In this document: in pieces, positions 29,339 to 38,597 of the stretch | Numbering within the stretch: the first letter of the stretch is position 1 | How the letters are laid out: each line of letters begins with the position of its first letter | Source: Alphaproteobacteria bacterium | GTDB lineage: Bacteria > Pseudomonadota > Alphaproteobacteria > JASGCL01 | Length of the DNA stretch: 64,000 bases | Direction of reading: 5' to 3' | NCBI GenBank assembly: GCA_965262775.1 | Contig: CBDHFT010000006.1 | Location: 179,883 to 243,882 of the forward strand | The notes under the pieces: model-generated | The model's input: the letters and a program-made list of their open reading frames with translations, nothing else | What the model was told of the DNA's origin: nothing | The model's database searches: none | Position numbers and translations under genes: made by a program

Positions 29339-30070
29339 TTATGCCACATGGGCAATGGCTTTATTTTGTTCGGCAAAAATAACCGCGACACCCTGACGCG
29401 CTAGGGCGAGCATCGCCAGGAGGTCTTCATCGGCAAAGGGTTCTTGTTCGGCAGACAATTGCAGTTCCAGCAATTTGTTGGTGGTGGTGATGACGAAGTT
29501 GCCATCCAGGCTCGCCGTGGAATCTTCGGCGTAGTCAACATCAAGCAAGGGAACACCCTTGACCAAAGCAACCGATACCGCCGCCAATTGATATTGCAGC
29601 GGGTTGGTTTTTATAAGGCCTTTTTTTATCAGCCCTTGGCAAGCCAAATGTAACGCCACCCAAGCCCCCGATAGGGCGGCGGTGCGCGTGCCGCCATCGG
29701 CCGATAATACGTCGCAATCAATTTTTACTTGCCGTTCGCCCAGTGCCACCAGGTTGGTGGCGGAGCGTAAGGAGCGGCCTATCATGCGCTGGATCTCTTT
29801 TACCCGTCCATCGCGCAATTGTCTTTCACGTTCGGTGCGGTTTTCGGTGGCGCGCGGCAACATGGCATATTCGGCGGTTACCCAACCTTTTTTTCCACCG
29901 CGTAAAAATGGTGGCAATTGTTCCTCGACCGATGCGGTAACCAAAACCTTGGTAAAGCCAAATTCGACCATGCAGGAACCTTCGGCAAAACGGCTTACAT
30001 CGGGTGTAATATGGATGGCACGCATTTCATTTGGTTGCCGCTTGTCATGCCGCGTGTAAGAATTTGTCAT
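29339..30070 (-). CDS. rph: Ribonuclease PH
   Basis: R.D.R...E.R...I......A.GS......T.V.......E...P.F.....KGW..AEY.MLP..T..R..RE and the conserved LDVDY.EDS region near the C-terminus. Confidence 0.95.
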   Translation of the reverse strand: MTNSYTRHDKRQPNEMRAIHITPDVSRFAEGSCMVEFGFTKVLVTASVEEQLPPFLRGGKKGWVTAEYAMLPRATENRTERERQLRDGRVKEIQRMIGRSLRSATNLVALGERQVKIDCDVLSADGGTRTAALSGAWVALHLACQGLIKKGLIKTNPLQYQLAAVSVALVKGVPLLDVDYAEDSTASLDGNFVITTTNKLLELQLSAEQEPFADEDLLAMLALARQGVAVIFAEQNKAIAHVA

Positions 30071-30119
30071 GATTGTTATGTCTTAGGAAAAAGAGTGCGA
30101 AGATAGGTGAGAAAAAATT

Positions 30120-30196
30120 TGGTTGCGGGGGTAGGATTTGAACCTACGACCTTTAGGTTATGAGCCTAACGAGCTACCAGACTGCTCCACCCCGCG
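30120..30196 (-). tRNA. tRNA-Met (anticodon CAU), initiator-like (C1 x A72 mismatch)
   Basis: Reverse complement CGCGGGGUGGAGCAGUCUGGUAGCUCGUUAGGCUCAUAACCUAAAGGUCGUAGGUUCAAAUCCUACCCCCGCAACCA. Anticodon loop CUCAUAA. The 5' C1 is unpaired with A72, as in bacterial tRNA-fMet. CCA is encoded. Confidence 0.85.
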
Positions 30197-30296
30197 TTAA
30201 AAAAGAAAATTTTTTTTGTAGCGATTTTTTTATATCTTTATCTGATAAGGATATAAAAAGCAAGACAAGCTTCTGGCGTCACTTCGGGATGTTTTG

Positions 30297-30677
30297 TTAC
30301 AGGCTTTTGCCGTCAAACAATTCGATATCCAGCGATGCAAAATCAATCCCTGGAATACAACGGACATTAATATCCACTTCATCGACTTTATCGGTTTTGG
30401 TGCGGTTGTTGTCGGCATAAATTAATAAACCGCAAGTTTTACAAAAATGGTGGGTATACATGTTGCGGTTGGTAAAACTATAGGCTGCCAAGTTATCACC
30501 ACCCGTTAGCAAGGTGAAATCGCCCCTATCAAGCACCGCCCACAAAACCCCAGCCTTGCTGCAAAAGGAACAATTGCATTCCGATATTTTATTGGTATCA
30601 ATGGGCGCGCGAAATGTTACGGCTTGGCAATGACAGGACCCTTCGTGTATTTTTTTGCTCATGTTTCCTGTTGCCAT
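30297..30677 (-). CDS. GFA-family (CENP-V / glutathione-dependent formaldehyde-activating-like) zinc-binding protein
   Basis: The pattern CHCQAV...CNCSFCSK......C..CG across about 120 aa is the Mss4-like GFA signature. Confidence 0.7.
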   Translation of the reverse strand: MATGNMSKKIHEGSCHCQAVTFRAPIDTNKISECNCSFCSKAGVLWAVLDRGDFTLLTGGDNLAAYSFTNRNMYTHHFCKTCGLLIYADNNRTKTDKVDEVDINVRCIPGIDFASLDIELFDGKSL

Positions 30678-31234
30678 AATTTTTCTAATAAGTCCATGGC
30701 GGCGAACAGGGCTTGTTCGCGAATATCTTGGCGATGGCCATCAAAATGATATTCCTGCACCAGGGTTTTTTTCTGTTGGTTGGCAACGGCGATGAAAACC
30801 AAACCATCGGCTTGGTTGGTGGCGGGCGTGCTTGTTATATGATAGGCCGATTTGTCCCCCGCCAAACCCGTGATGGCGATACCATGGGTAATAGCATGGG
30901 TAATGCCAACGCTGTCTTTATCGCCCCCCGCCGCATTGTTTGTCATGGGGGGATGAAATAACCCCAGGGCCATGTCGCGCGCCACAGCTTCATTAACCGC
31001 GCCGTCCCTTGCCAGCAATGTAGCATCAACCCCCAAATAAGATATTTTCCATGAATTGTGATAGGTTATAATACCGCCATAAAAAACGTTGGATATCCCC
31101 GCGACCGAGGTGAATAACCCACCCAATAATCCCCCCGTGCAAGATTCGGCGGTGGCCAACACCGCCCCGCGGTCGTGGGCCAGTTGCAAGCAAGCCGCGG
31201 CGCGTGATAATAATTTTTCGTTAAAGATGTTCAT
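30659..31234 (-). CDS. CinA C-terminal domain protein (NMN amidohydrolase PncC-like)
   Basis: A.SCTGGL....T..G.S..F.GG...Y........LGV.......GAV....A..MA is the conserved CinA_C core. Confidence 0.7.
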   Translation of the reverse strand: MNIFNEKLLSRAAACLQLAHDRGAVLATAESCTGGLLGGLFTSVAGISNVFYGGIITYHNSWKISYLGVDATLLARDGAVNEAVARDMALGLFHPPMTNNAAGGDKDSVGITHAITHGIAITGLAGDKSAYHITSTPATNQADGLVFIAVANQQKKTLVQEYHFDGHRQDIREQALFAAMDLLEKLWQQET

Positions 31235-31257
31235 TTGTTATTGGTATGTTTTCTGTA

Positions 31258-32433
31258 TTATTTTGTTATCGGGGCGGTTCTTGACGGTGGGGTTGTAAGG
31301 GGTAAGGTGGCACGGTGGTAGGCCAAATGCTCGAAAGAAAAACCGTTCCAGGTAAGGTTGGGGAAAGGTTTGGCTTCATCGGCGGGGTTGCGCGGCACAA
31401 ACCAATTTGAATTACGTTGTTTTATTTTGTTGTTGATAGATTTTACAACCTTGTCGGGGGCATTGATTAGCCAAACCAAAGGCAAAGAAAAAATAGCATT
31501 ATTTTTTTTGTTCGTGATTTGCCCCGTGATAAAATCACCATTGGCATGGCCAAAGCCATCGCCAAAACTATCACGCGGCATAGGAAAAATCTTGGCATTT
31601 AGTTCGCGTAAAAATTTTCTGCCCATTTTGTTTTCAAAAAATCCCATGTAGAGAAACCAGTCAATCTTGCCCATAGAAAACTGATTAAGCAAATCTTCAT
31701 CGTTTTCATAGCTTCCCATAAAATTATCAGCATAATGAAAAAAAGATGCCGTGTCGGCAAAATCAATGATAGGTTTTTTTTCATCTGAAGTAGCATCTTG
31801 CGATTCGTTGTTGGCTTGCTGATTATTTTCCTCGGGCGGGGTGGTTTCGGTATCGTTATTAAGTTCGGCAAATTTTTTATCAAATTGATTGCCGACAAAA
31901 CCATCCAACAATTCAGCAAGCAGGATATTATTATTTGCGCCCGAAGTCCGCTTTTGTAAAATATCATCAATATTTTTTATATTGTCGCGGGTTATCAAAA
32001 ATAGTGGAGTGGGTTTTATGACCTCCATCACCCTGAACCCCATGGCGGCCAGGCGATTTTTATCTATAAAATTAAGTCGTGGATTAAAAAGTTCCAATGG
32101 CAAAATAATCGACATAGCGTCATCGCCATTTACTTTTTTCATCAAGGCGGCATAAGAATCAAAGGCTATAACCTGCGGGTAAATAGGATTGACCGTTTCG
32201 TCGAGGCTGGCCTTCGACGGGGAAAATATTTTATCCGCCAAATAATTGGCGGCGTCATATTCGGCACCAAAGGGCGATGCCACCAAAAGCGAAAATGGCG
32301 TCGGCGAAATGGTAGGCGTAGCCGCCCTAGCCGCCCCACCGTAAGATGCCAAAAACGGCATCAACAATCCACCAGCCGCCAATTGGGAAAACACACGACG
32401 TCTTGAGAAATTCATCGTTTTTTTATACCACAA
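31258..32433 (-). CDS. Tat-signal periplasmic solute-binding-like protein (Bug/TctC-like N-terminus) with an acidic low-complexity insert
   Basis: Twin-arginine motif SRRRVFSQLAAGGLL. PTPFSLLVASPFGAEYDAANYLADK resembles the Bug/TctC P..LIVPF..GG..D..AR.LA.K block. A roughly 40-aa D/E/N/Q-rich insert (NNDTETTPPEENNQQANNESQDATSDEKK) is present. Confidence 0.35.
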   Translation of the reverse strand: MWYKKTMNFSRRRVFSQLAAGGLLMPFLASYGGAARAATPTISPTPFSLLVASPFGAEYDAANYLADKIFSPSKASLDETVNPIYPQVIAFDSYAALMKKVNGDDAMSIILPLELFNPRLNFIDKNRLAAMGFRVMEVIKPTPLFLITRDNIKNIDDILQKRTSGANNNILLAELLDGFVGNQFDKKFAELNNDTETTPPEENNQQANNESQDATSDEKKPIIDFADTASFFHYADNFMGSYENDEDLLNQFSMGKIDWFLYMGFFENKMGRKFLRELNAKIFPMPRDSFGDGFGHANGDFITGQITNKKNNAIFSLPLVWLINAPDKVVKSINNKIKQRNSNWFVPRNPADEAKPFPNLTWNGFSFEHLAYHRATLPLTTPPSRTAPITK

Positions 32434-32560
32434 ATTTTTTTTGCTATAAACCCCTGCTTATAAATCTGCGCAATCTTTTGATAAGCATGGAGGCAAGGTC
32501 GCGCGCGGAGGCTACCCCTGTTTAATAAAATGCTATGATAGGAATGAAGAAAGACGCTTT

Positions 32561-32836
32561 TTAAGCGGTCTTTTTGCCCATGGTCTTAATACGTTTATTA
32601 AGACGTGAAATTTTGCGCGAAGCAGTGCCCAATTTGACCAACCCTTTTTGTGCGCCACGATGAAGATTGGAAGAAGCAAGGCGTAAAGCAGCCATGGCTT
32701 CCTTCTGATTGCCCGCGGCAATTTGTTCTTCAACTTTTTTGACGTAGGTGCGCAAGCGGCTCAAACGCGTGCGATTGACCGCATGGCGTTTTATATCGAC
32801 CCGTTGTTTTTTAATAGCATGTGCTTTATTGGGCAT
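32561..32836 (-). CDS. rpsT: 30S ribosomal protein S20
   Basis: K..A.K....K.R..N....S..RT..KK........G....A......A...L...A.KG......A.R. This is a basic helical 91-aa protein matching S20. Confidence 0.9.
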   Translation of the reverse strand: MPNKAHAIKKQRVDIKRHAVNRTRLSRLRTYVKKVEEQIAAGNQKEAMAALRLASSNLHRGAQKGLVKLGTASRKISRLNKRIKTMGKKTA

Positions 32837-32898
32837 GGTTGTATCCGTTCTATGGTGTTTTCCCTATCACTTATGATTATTGTTTGTCAAGTTATTAT

Positions 32899-34284
32899 CT
32901 AATAAGAAAGTTGTTTTATAAATGCCATAACATCGCCGCCAAATTCATTCTTAATTTGTTTGAGTATTTTATCGCTGGTGGATTCTTTTGAATTCACCAC
33001 CTCGCGAATAAATTCTAAGAAAATAGTTTCGTCGTTGCCCAATTGATTTTTGACGGCGCGCGATTTTAATCCGCCCTCGGCAATTACCAACAATTCTTTT
33101 AAATAATCATAGGCGGTAAATTTTCCTAGCGACGCCCTTAACCCCAAACGCGGCACATCATGGGCAAAGGCCACCATCTCAGCCACGGGCCATTTTGCCA
33201 CCATGTCATAGGCGGCGTCCAAACTTGATTGGTCATACAACAAACCAACCCACAGGGCGGGCAGGGCGCACAAATGTTGCCACGCACCCACGTCGGCGCC
33301 GCGCATTTCTAAATATCTTTTTAATCGCACCTCGGTAAAGACAACCGTCAAATGGTCATCCCAATCCTTGATGGTGGCGGGGCGGTCTTCAAACCCGGGC
33401 AAATTGCCCGCCATGAATTTTTTGAAATCTTTGCCCAGGGCATCGCGATAAATTATTTTATGATTTTTTTCATAATCCTTATCGTAATCCTTTACGAAAT
33501 ACATCGGCACATCCAGCATGTAATCAACCCACATGTCGTAACCAAAACCATCGTCAAACACCACGGCGGGGAACCCCGTGCGGTCGGGGTCGGTGTCTTG
33601 CCACACCGCGACGCGGGTTGATTGGAAATCGGTTATTTTGCCGTTCATGATGGGCGAATTGGCAAACAAAGCCGAGGCAACGGGTTGCAAGGCCAGCGAA
33701 GCGCGGAATTTTTTTACCATGTCGGCCTCGGACGAAAAATCAAGGTTGACCTGCACGGTGCAGGTTTGTGTCATCATTTCGGTGCCACGTTTGCCGCGGG
33801 TTGGCATATATTGGCGCATCAAGGCATAACGCCCCTTCGGCATCCATTCGATACTATCGGGGTTGTGCAACGGGTCATGGCCCAGGCCGAACATTTGAAT
33901 ATTAAATTCTTGGCAAACCTGCAACATCATTTCCAAGTGGCGATTGGTTTCGGCGCAGGTTTGATGAAGGTTTTTTAACGGCGCGCCCGATAATTCAAAT
34001 TGGCCGCCAGGTTCCAACGTGATGGAATCCATGTTGGTGCCAGTAAGGCCAATGATGTAATCCCCTTCCCAAATGGGTTGCCAGTTGGTTTTCTTTTGCA
34101 AAAAATTTAGCAATTCTTGAATGCCATTTTTGCCGAAATAGCCAACGCGTTGTTGATTACTTTTGTTGTATAAAAATTTTTCGTGTTCGGTCCCTATCAG
34201 CCATTTGTCTTTGGTTTTTTCACCGCTGGCAATGTAATCGGCCAATTGTTGTTTTTTGGTAATGGGGGAAGATTCTTTTGCCAT
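32899..34284 (-). CDS. gshA: Glutamate--cysteine ligase, plant/alphaproteobacterial GCS2 type
   Basis: IGTEHEKF, ITLEPGGQFELSGAP, RVAVWQDTDPDRTG and a C-terminal dimerisation helix. The ORF track extends upstream to 34497, but homology begins at MAKESSPITKK (34284). Confidence 0.9.
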   Translation of the reverse strand: MAKESSPITKKQQLADYIASGEKTKDKWLIGTEHEKFLYNKSNQQRVGYFGKNGIQELLNFLQKKTNWQPIWEGDYIIGLTGTNMDSITLEPGGQFELSGAPLKNLHQTCAETNRHLEMMLQVCQEFNIQMFGLGHDPLHNPDSIEWMPKGRYALMRQYMPTRGKRGTEMMTQTCTVQVNLDFSSEADMVKKFRASLALQPVASALFANSPIMNGKITDFQSTRVAVWQDTDPDRTGFPAVVFDDGFGYDMWVDYMLDVPMYFVKDYDKDYEKNHKIIYRDALGKDFKKFMAGNLPGFEDRPATIKDWDDHLTVVFTEVRLKRYLEMRGADVGAWQHLCALPALWVGLLYDQSSLDAAYDMVAKWPVAEMVAFAHDVPRLGLRASLGKFTAYDYLKELLVIAEGGLKSRAVKNQLGNDETIFLEFIREVVNSKESTSDKILKQIKNEFGGDVMAFIKQLSY

Positions 34285-34300
34285 TTTTGGTGGTTGTGTA

Positions 34301-35098
34301 TCATAATCGATTATAAAAGAAAAGCCCCGCCAGCATAGCAAGCCCTGCTGTCTCACTGCGTAAGATTGTATTACCCAAACTGACGCCGAAAAATTTTTTT
34401 TGCGTGGTGGCTTGCATTGTTTCTTGCGCGCGCAACCATTTCCTTTCGCTATCGGTAAAGCCGCCAGGTGGACCAACCAACAAACCCACGGCGTCATGGT
34501 TGCTCGTTGCGTTATTTTTTATCAGGGCAAGCGTTTCCCTAAAATTGGCACCGCCCTTTTCATCGCCATAGATAATGGGCATAGCAGGCGACGCCAGAGC
34601 TTCAAGCTCGATAGCATCATGGAGCGTTGCTGGGGCGAGGCGGCCTGACAATTCGGTCGCGCCCATGGCTACCTTCTGCCATTTTTCTTTTTGCTTCTGC
34701 CATTCTTCCTTTTTACGCTCGGTAAGGTCGGTAATAACGGGGATAAGGTCGCTCGCCCCCAATTCAATCGCCTTGGGTATCAGGGTATCAAGTCGTGATT
34801 TTTCCAACAAAGCAAAATACAAAATGGTTTTTGCATGATGCGGCATGGGTGATTTTTCCAACGACATGATTTGTAAACTTGCCGTTTTTTTTTCTATACG
34901 CGCAATATGGGCGCGGTATTCGCCAACCCGTTCGTTGAACAACAACAATTCATCATTGACCTGACGGCGCAGCACCGCCAGCAGGTGATGATTTTGTTCG
35001 GGCGATAAAATGGATTCTAAAGGGGCAGTTGGTTTATCCAGCCCCATGGTTGTTTCTAGGCCAGGGCAATAGAATCGCGGAACATGACGCTGCTTCAT
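34301..35098 (-). CDS. rsmE: 16S rRNA (uracil1498-N3)-methyltransferase RsmE
   Basis: N-terminal PRFYCP, a PUA-like domain, and a C-terminal SPOUT knot (LLVGPPGGFTDSE, SLG.TILR.ETA). Confidence 0.85.
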   Translation of the reverse strand: MKQRHVPRFYCPGLETTMGLDKPTAPLESILSPEQNHHLLAVLRRQVNDELLLFNERVGEYRAHIARIEKKTASLQIMSLEKSPMPHHAKTILYFALLEKSRLDTLIPKAIELGASDLIPVITDLTERKKEEWQKQKEKWQKVAMGATELSGRLAPATLHDAIELEALASPAMPIIYGDEKGGANFRETLALIKNNATSNHDAVGLLVGPPGGFTDSERKWLRAQETMQATTQKKFFGVSLGNTILRSETAGLAMLAGLFFYNRL

Positions 35099-35103
35099 TT
35101 TTT

Positions 35104-36708
35104 TTATTTTTTAAGCAATAGCGATGACCCCGTCATGGCGGCAGGTTGTTCAATGCCAAGCAATGTCAACATGGTGGGAGCAATGTCGGCCAATTTGCCC
35201 GTGGGGCGCAATTTATAATCTTGCCATTGTTTTTCATCGCCCACCAACATACATGGCACAAGGTTCAGGGTATGGGCGGTGTTGGGTTGGTTGGTTTTTT
35301 TGTCAAACATGGTTTCAATATTACCATGGTCGGCGGTGATAATCATGGTGCCATTTTTTTCTTCCATAGCATGGGTTAGGCGCGCCAGGCATGTATCCAA
35401 CACCTCGAGCGCCTTCACCGCGGGGGGCATCAAACCCGAATGACCAACCATGTCGGCGTTGGCGTAATTTAAAATAATAACATCATGTTTGTTGTGGGTT
35501 ATGGAATCCACCACCGCGTCGGTTACCTCCACCGCTGACATTTCAGGTTTAAGGTCATAGGTTGCCACCTTGGGCGATGGGATCATGATGCGGTCTTCGC
35601 GGGGGTAGGGTTCTTCGCGCCCGCCGTTGAAGAAAAAAGTAACATGGGCATATTTTTCGGTTTCCGCAATCCGCAATTGACGCAACTGATGGGCGGCCAA
35701 TACTTCGCCCATGGTTTGTTCGAATAATTCTTTGCCAAACAATAAACCCATATGCTGTGATAGGGTTTTGGAATATTCAACCAAGCCAACCATCATGCTG
35801 GGTTTAAAAAACTTTTTATCTTGATGGTCGCGTTTGAAAAAAGCAAAATCATCATCGACCAAGGCTAGCGAAAGTTGCCGCGCGCGGTCGGCGCGAAAAT
35901 TCATAAATAATACTACATCGCCCTTTTTCATGCCTGCATAATTATCGATGACGGTGGGGGTAATGAATTCATCGTTGATGTTGGCTTGATAGGCGGCATC
36001 GATGGCCAATAAAACATTGTCAGCATGCTGTGGTGCCACGCCATGCACCATGGCGTGGAATGCCTGTTCGGTTCTCTGCCAATTTTTATCGCGGTCCATG
36101 GCAAAATAACGCCCCGTCACGGTGGCGGGTTTAACATGTTGGTTGGTTTGCGCCGCGGGGGATTGACTTGCTTGCCAATCTTTCCAAAATTCTTTGGCTG
36201 AACGCGGCGCGGTGTCACGACCATCGGTAATAAAATGCAGGTAGGAAGTTATTTTATGTTCGGCCAAATAATTGGCAACATGGGCCATGTGGTCTTGGTG
36301 GCCATGCACGCCACCTTTTGACAATAATCCAACTACATGCACTGCACCATTATGTTGTTTTGCGGTGTCGAGCATTTTTTGGAAGGTTGGAATTTTTTCC
36401 AACGAACCATCGGCGCAGGACTTGGTGATGCGGGGTAGTTCTTGCAAAATAACGCGCCCCGAACCAATATTCATGTGGCCAACTTCGCTGTTGCCCATTT
36501 GCCCTTCGGGCAAGCCGACAAAACTTTCGGATGCTTGCAATTTTGCCAGGGGATATTTTTTACATAACCCTTGCCAACAGGGCATGTTGGCTTGGGCAAT
36601 AGCATTGTCTTCTGTATTGTTAGGGGCTGAATCATGCGGAGCATCGCGCAGGCCGAAACCGTCCAATATTACCAACAGCAGGGGAAGATTGATGAGGCGA
36701 TTTGACAT
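35104..36708 (-). CDS. gpmI: 2,3-bisphosphoglycerate-independent phosphoglycerate mutase
   Basis: LVILDGFG, GNSEVGHMNIGSGR, ADHGN and MVGHSG are conserved iPGM motifs. Confidence 0.95.
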   Translation of the reverse strand: MSNRLINLPLLLVILDGFGLRDAPHDSAPNNTEDNAIAQANMPCWQGLCKKYPLAKLQASESFVGLPEGQMGNSEVGHMNIGSGRVILQELPRITKSCADGSLEKIPTFQKMLDTAKQHNGAVHVVGLLSKGGVHGHQDHMAHVANYLAEHKITSYLHFITDGRDTAPRSAKEFWKDWQASQSPAAQTNQHVKPATVTGRYFAMDRDKNWQRTEQAFHAMVHGVAPQHADNVLLAIDAAYQANINDEFITPTVIDNYAGMKKGDVVLFMNFRADRARQLSLALVDDDFAFFKRDHQDKKFFKPSMMVGLVEYSKTLSQHMGLLFGKELFEQTMGEVLAAHQLRQLRIAETEKYAHVTFFFNGGREEPYPREDRIMIPSPKVATYDLKPEMSAVEVTDAVVDSITHNKHDVIILNYANADMVGHSGLMPPAVKALEVLDTCLARLTHAMEEKNGTMIITADHGNIETMFDKKTNQPNTAHTLNLVPCMLVGDEKQWQDYKLRPTGKLADIAPTMLTLLGIEQPAAMTGSSLLLKK

Positions 36709-36814
36709 GAAGTGTTGTAGCTAGGATGTCCTATATTTTTTATTTGCACTCCTTATAGATGAAAGATATTTTTTTGGCAAATGACGCTGCGCTTTACCCG
36801 CCAAATCATCCAAA

Positions 36815-37303
36815 TTATCCAAACCCTAATGCTAACTTGGCGTCGGCCGACATTTTTTCCATGGTCCAGGCTGGGGACCAGGTTAATTTTACTCGCACCT
36901 TGCCCACGCCTTCCAACACCGCCAATGATTCGGCTACTTGCTTGGGCATTTCACCCGCCACGGGGCAGGCGGGGGCGGTTAGGGTCATGACAACATTCAC
37001 GTCGCCGTTTGGCACTTGTTGCAATTCGTAGATAAGCCCAAGGTCAAAAATATTAACAGGAATTTCGGGGTCAAAAACCTGGCGCAGGGCATTTTCCAAA
37101 TCATCCATGGTTGCTAATTTTTTTGTGGCGTTATCGCTAGCGGGCAAGTCCGCCAAGGATTCGCCCATCACCACTTCGCGCCCCTCGGCAATGTCGGATG
37201 TTTGCGGGCTAAGGTCGATAATATCTTTTTTCAGATCCTCAATATTGCCTTTTTTCATATCAACAGGTTGTTGACTGTTATCTGGTTTTTTTTCTTCGCT
37301 CAT
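36815..37303 (-). CDS. sufT: Fe-S cluster assembly protein, DUF59/SufT (MIP18) family
   Basis: The C-terminal ~100 aa match the DUF59 fold (DPEIPVNI.DLGLIY...V.MTLTAPACP......V). It lies at the end of the suf operon. The N-terminal ~50 aa are a low-complexity extension. Confidence 0.75.
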   Translation of the reverse strand: MSEEKKPDNSQQPVDMKKGNIEDLKKDIIDLSPQTSDIAEGREVVMGESLADLPASDNATKKLATMDDLENALRQVFDPEIPVNIFDLGLIYELQQVPNGDVNVVMTLTAPACPVAGEMPKQVAESLAVLEGVGKVRVKLTWSPAWTMEKMSADAKLALGFG

Positions 37304-37336
37304 GATTTTTTTCCTTCGCCATGGTTGCTGTTATTT

Positions 37337-38584
37337 TTATGCCAATTTTAACATTTTGAGAGCCTGGTCAAAGGCCGCAAAAAATTGTTCTACATCATCT
37401 TGGTCGTTATGGATGCCGAAACTGACCCTTGCGGTGGCGGCAATGGCTATGTTTTTTTGTGCCGCCATTAATGTATGGATAGGCATGGCGCAATGATGCC
37501 CCGCGCGAATCGCCACGCCCGATTGGTCGACCAATGTTGCCACGTCATGCGGGTGCGCGCCGCGAATAAAAAATGATACCAGCGAACCGCTTTCTTTGGG
37601 GTTGGATAAAAATTCCACGGCTTGGTATTTTTTTAATCCATCCCGCACCTGCATCCCCAATTTTTTTTCATGGTCAAACAGTTCGGCCAGCGGCAAGGTA
37701 TTTAACCATTCGATAGCCGCACCCAGGGCGATAGCCTCCATCGTTGGTGGTGTGCCTGCTTCAAACCGCGCGGGTGGGCGAGCGAAGGTGGTTTTATCAA
37801 GCGCAACCGATTCTATCATATCGCCGCCGCCAAAAAATGGTGGCAATTTTTCCAACCATGATGCACGACCATATAATACCCCGATGCCCGTTGGGGCATA
37901 AAGTTTGTGGCCACTAAAAATAAAAAAATCACAGTCCAAATCTTTAACATCAATTTTTTGATGGCAAATACTTTGCGCGCCATCAACGATGGTGGTAACG
38001 CCCAGGGCTTTTGCCTTGGCGCAAATTTCTTTGATGGGGTTGATGGTCGCCAAAACGTTCGAGCAATGGGTAAGGGTCAGCAATTTTACATGGGGTAAAT
38101 GTTGTTCGATATCTTGCATGTTGAGGTTGCCATCGCTGTCAACACCCGCGTAGATTAACTCCACCCCCGTTTCGTCGCGCAATATTTGCCACGGCACCAT
38201 GTTGGCGTGGTGTTCCATCACCGACAATAAAATTTTGTCGCCTTTTTTTAAAAAATGACGACCGTAAGCATGGGCCAACAGGTTAAAACCAAATGTCGCG
38301 CCGTTGGTAAAAACAATTTCGTCATGTTCGGCGTTGATAAATTTTGCAACCGAGGAACGGGCCGCTTCGTAATCATGGGTCATGACATTGGCAAATTGAT
38401 AAGCACCGCGATGCACATTGGCGTAATGATGCTGCATCATCGATGATAAAGATTCGATAACCGCCAAGGGTTTTTGCGCCGAGGCCGCGCTATCCAAATA
38501 ACAAAGTCGTTTGCCGTGGATGGGTTCCTGCAAAATAGGAAATTGTTCGCGAATGGCGGAGATAATATTTTTCATAGGGCGCAA
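37337..38584 (-). CDS. sufS: Cysteine desulfurase SufS
   Basis: YLD.AA..Q.P, the group II cysteine-desulfurase pattern, SGHKLYAPTGIGVLY with the PLP lysine, and RAGHHCA with the active-site Cys. Confidence 0.95.
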   Translation of the reverse strand: MRPMKNIISAIREQFPILQEPIHGKRLCYLDSAASAQKPLAVIESLSSMMQHHYANVHRGAYQFANVMTHDYEAARSSVAKFINAEHDEIVFTNGATFGFNLLAHAYGRHFLKKGDKILLSVMEHHANMVPWQILRDETGVELIYAGVDSDGNLNMQDIEQHLPHVKLLTLTHCSNVLATINPIKEICAKAKALGVTTIVDGAQSICHQKIDVKDLDCDFFIFSGHKLYAPTGIGVLYGRASWLEKLPPFFGGGDMIESVALDKTTFARPPARFEAGTPPTMEAIALGAAIEWLNTLPLAELFDHEKKLGMQVRDGLKKYQAVEFLSNPKESGSLVSFFIRGAHPHDVATLVDQSGVAIRAGHHCAMPIHTLMAAQKNIAIAATARVSFGIHNDQDDVEQFFAAFDQALKMLKLA

Positions 38585-38597
38585 CTTTCTTTATCAA

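Noticed and set aside
32563-32589. Hairpin GAAAGACGC-TTTTTAA-GCGGTCTTTTT resembling a terminator
   Set aside because: It lies inside the last codons of rpsT (encoding ...MGKKTA) on the coding strand's complement. It has no downstream gene context for a plus-strand terminator.
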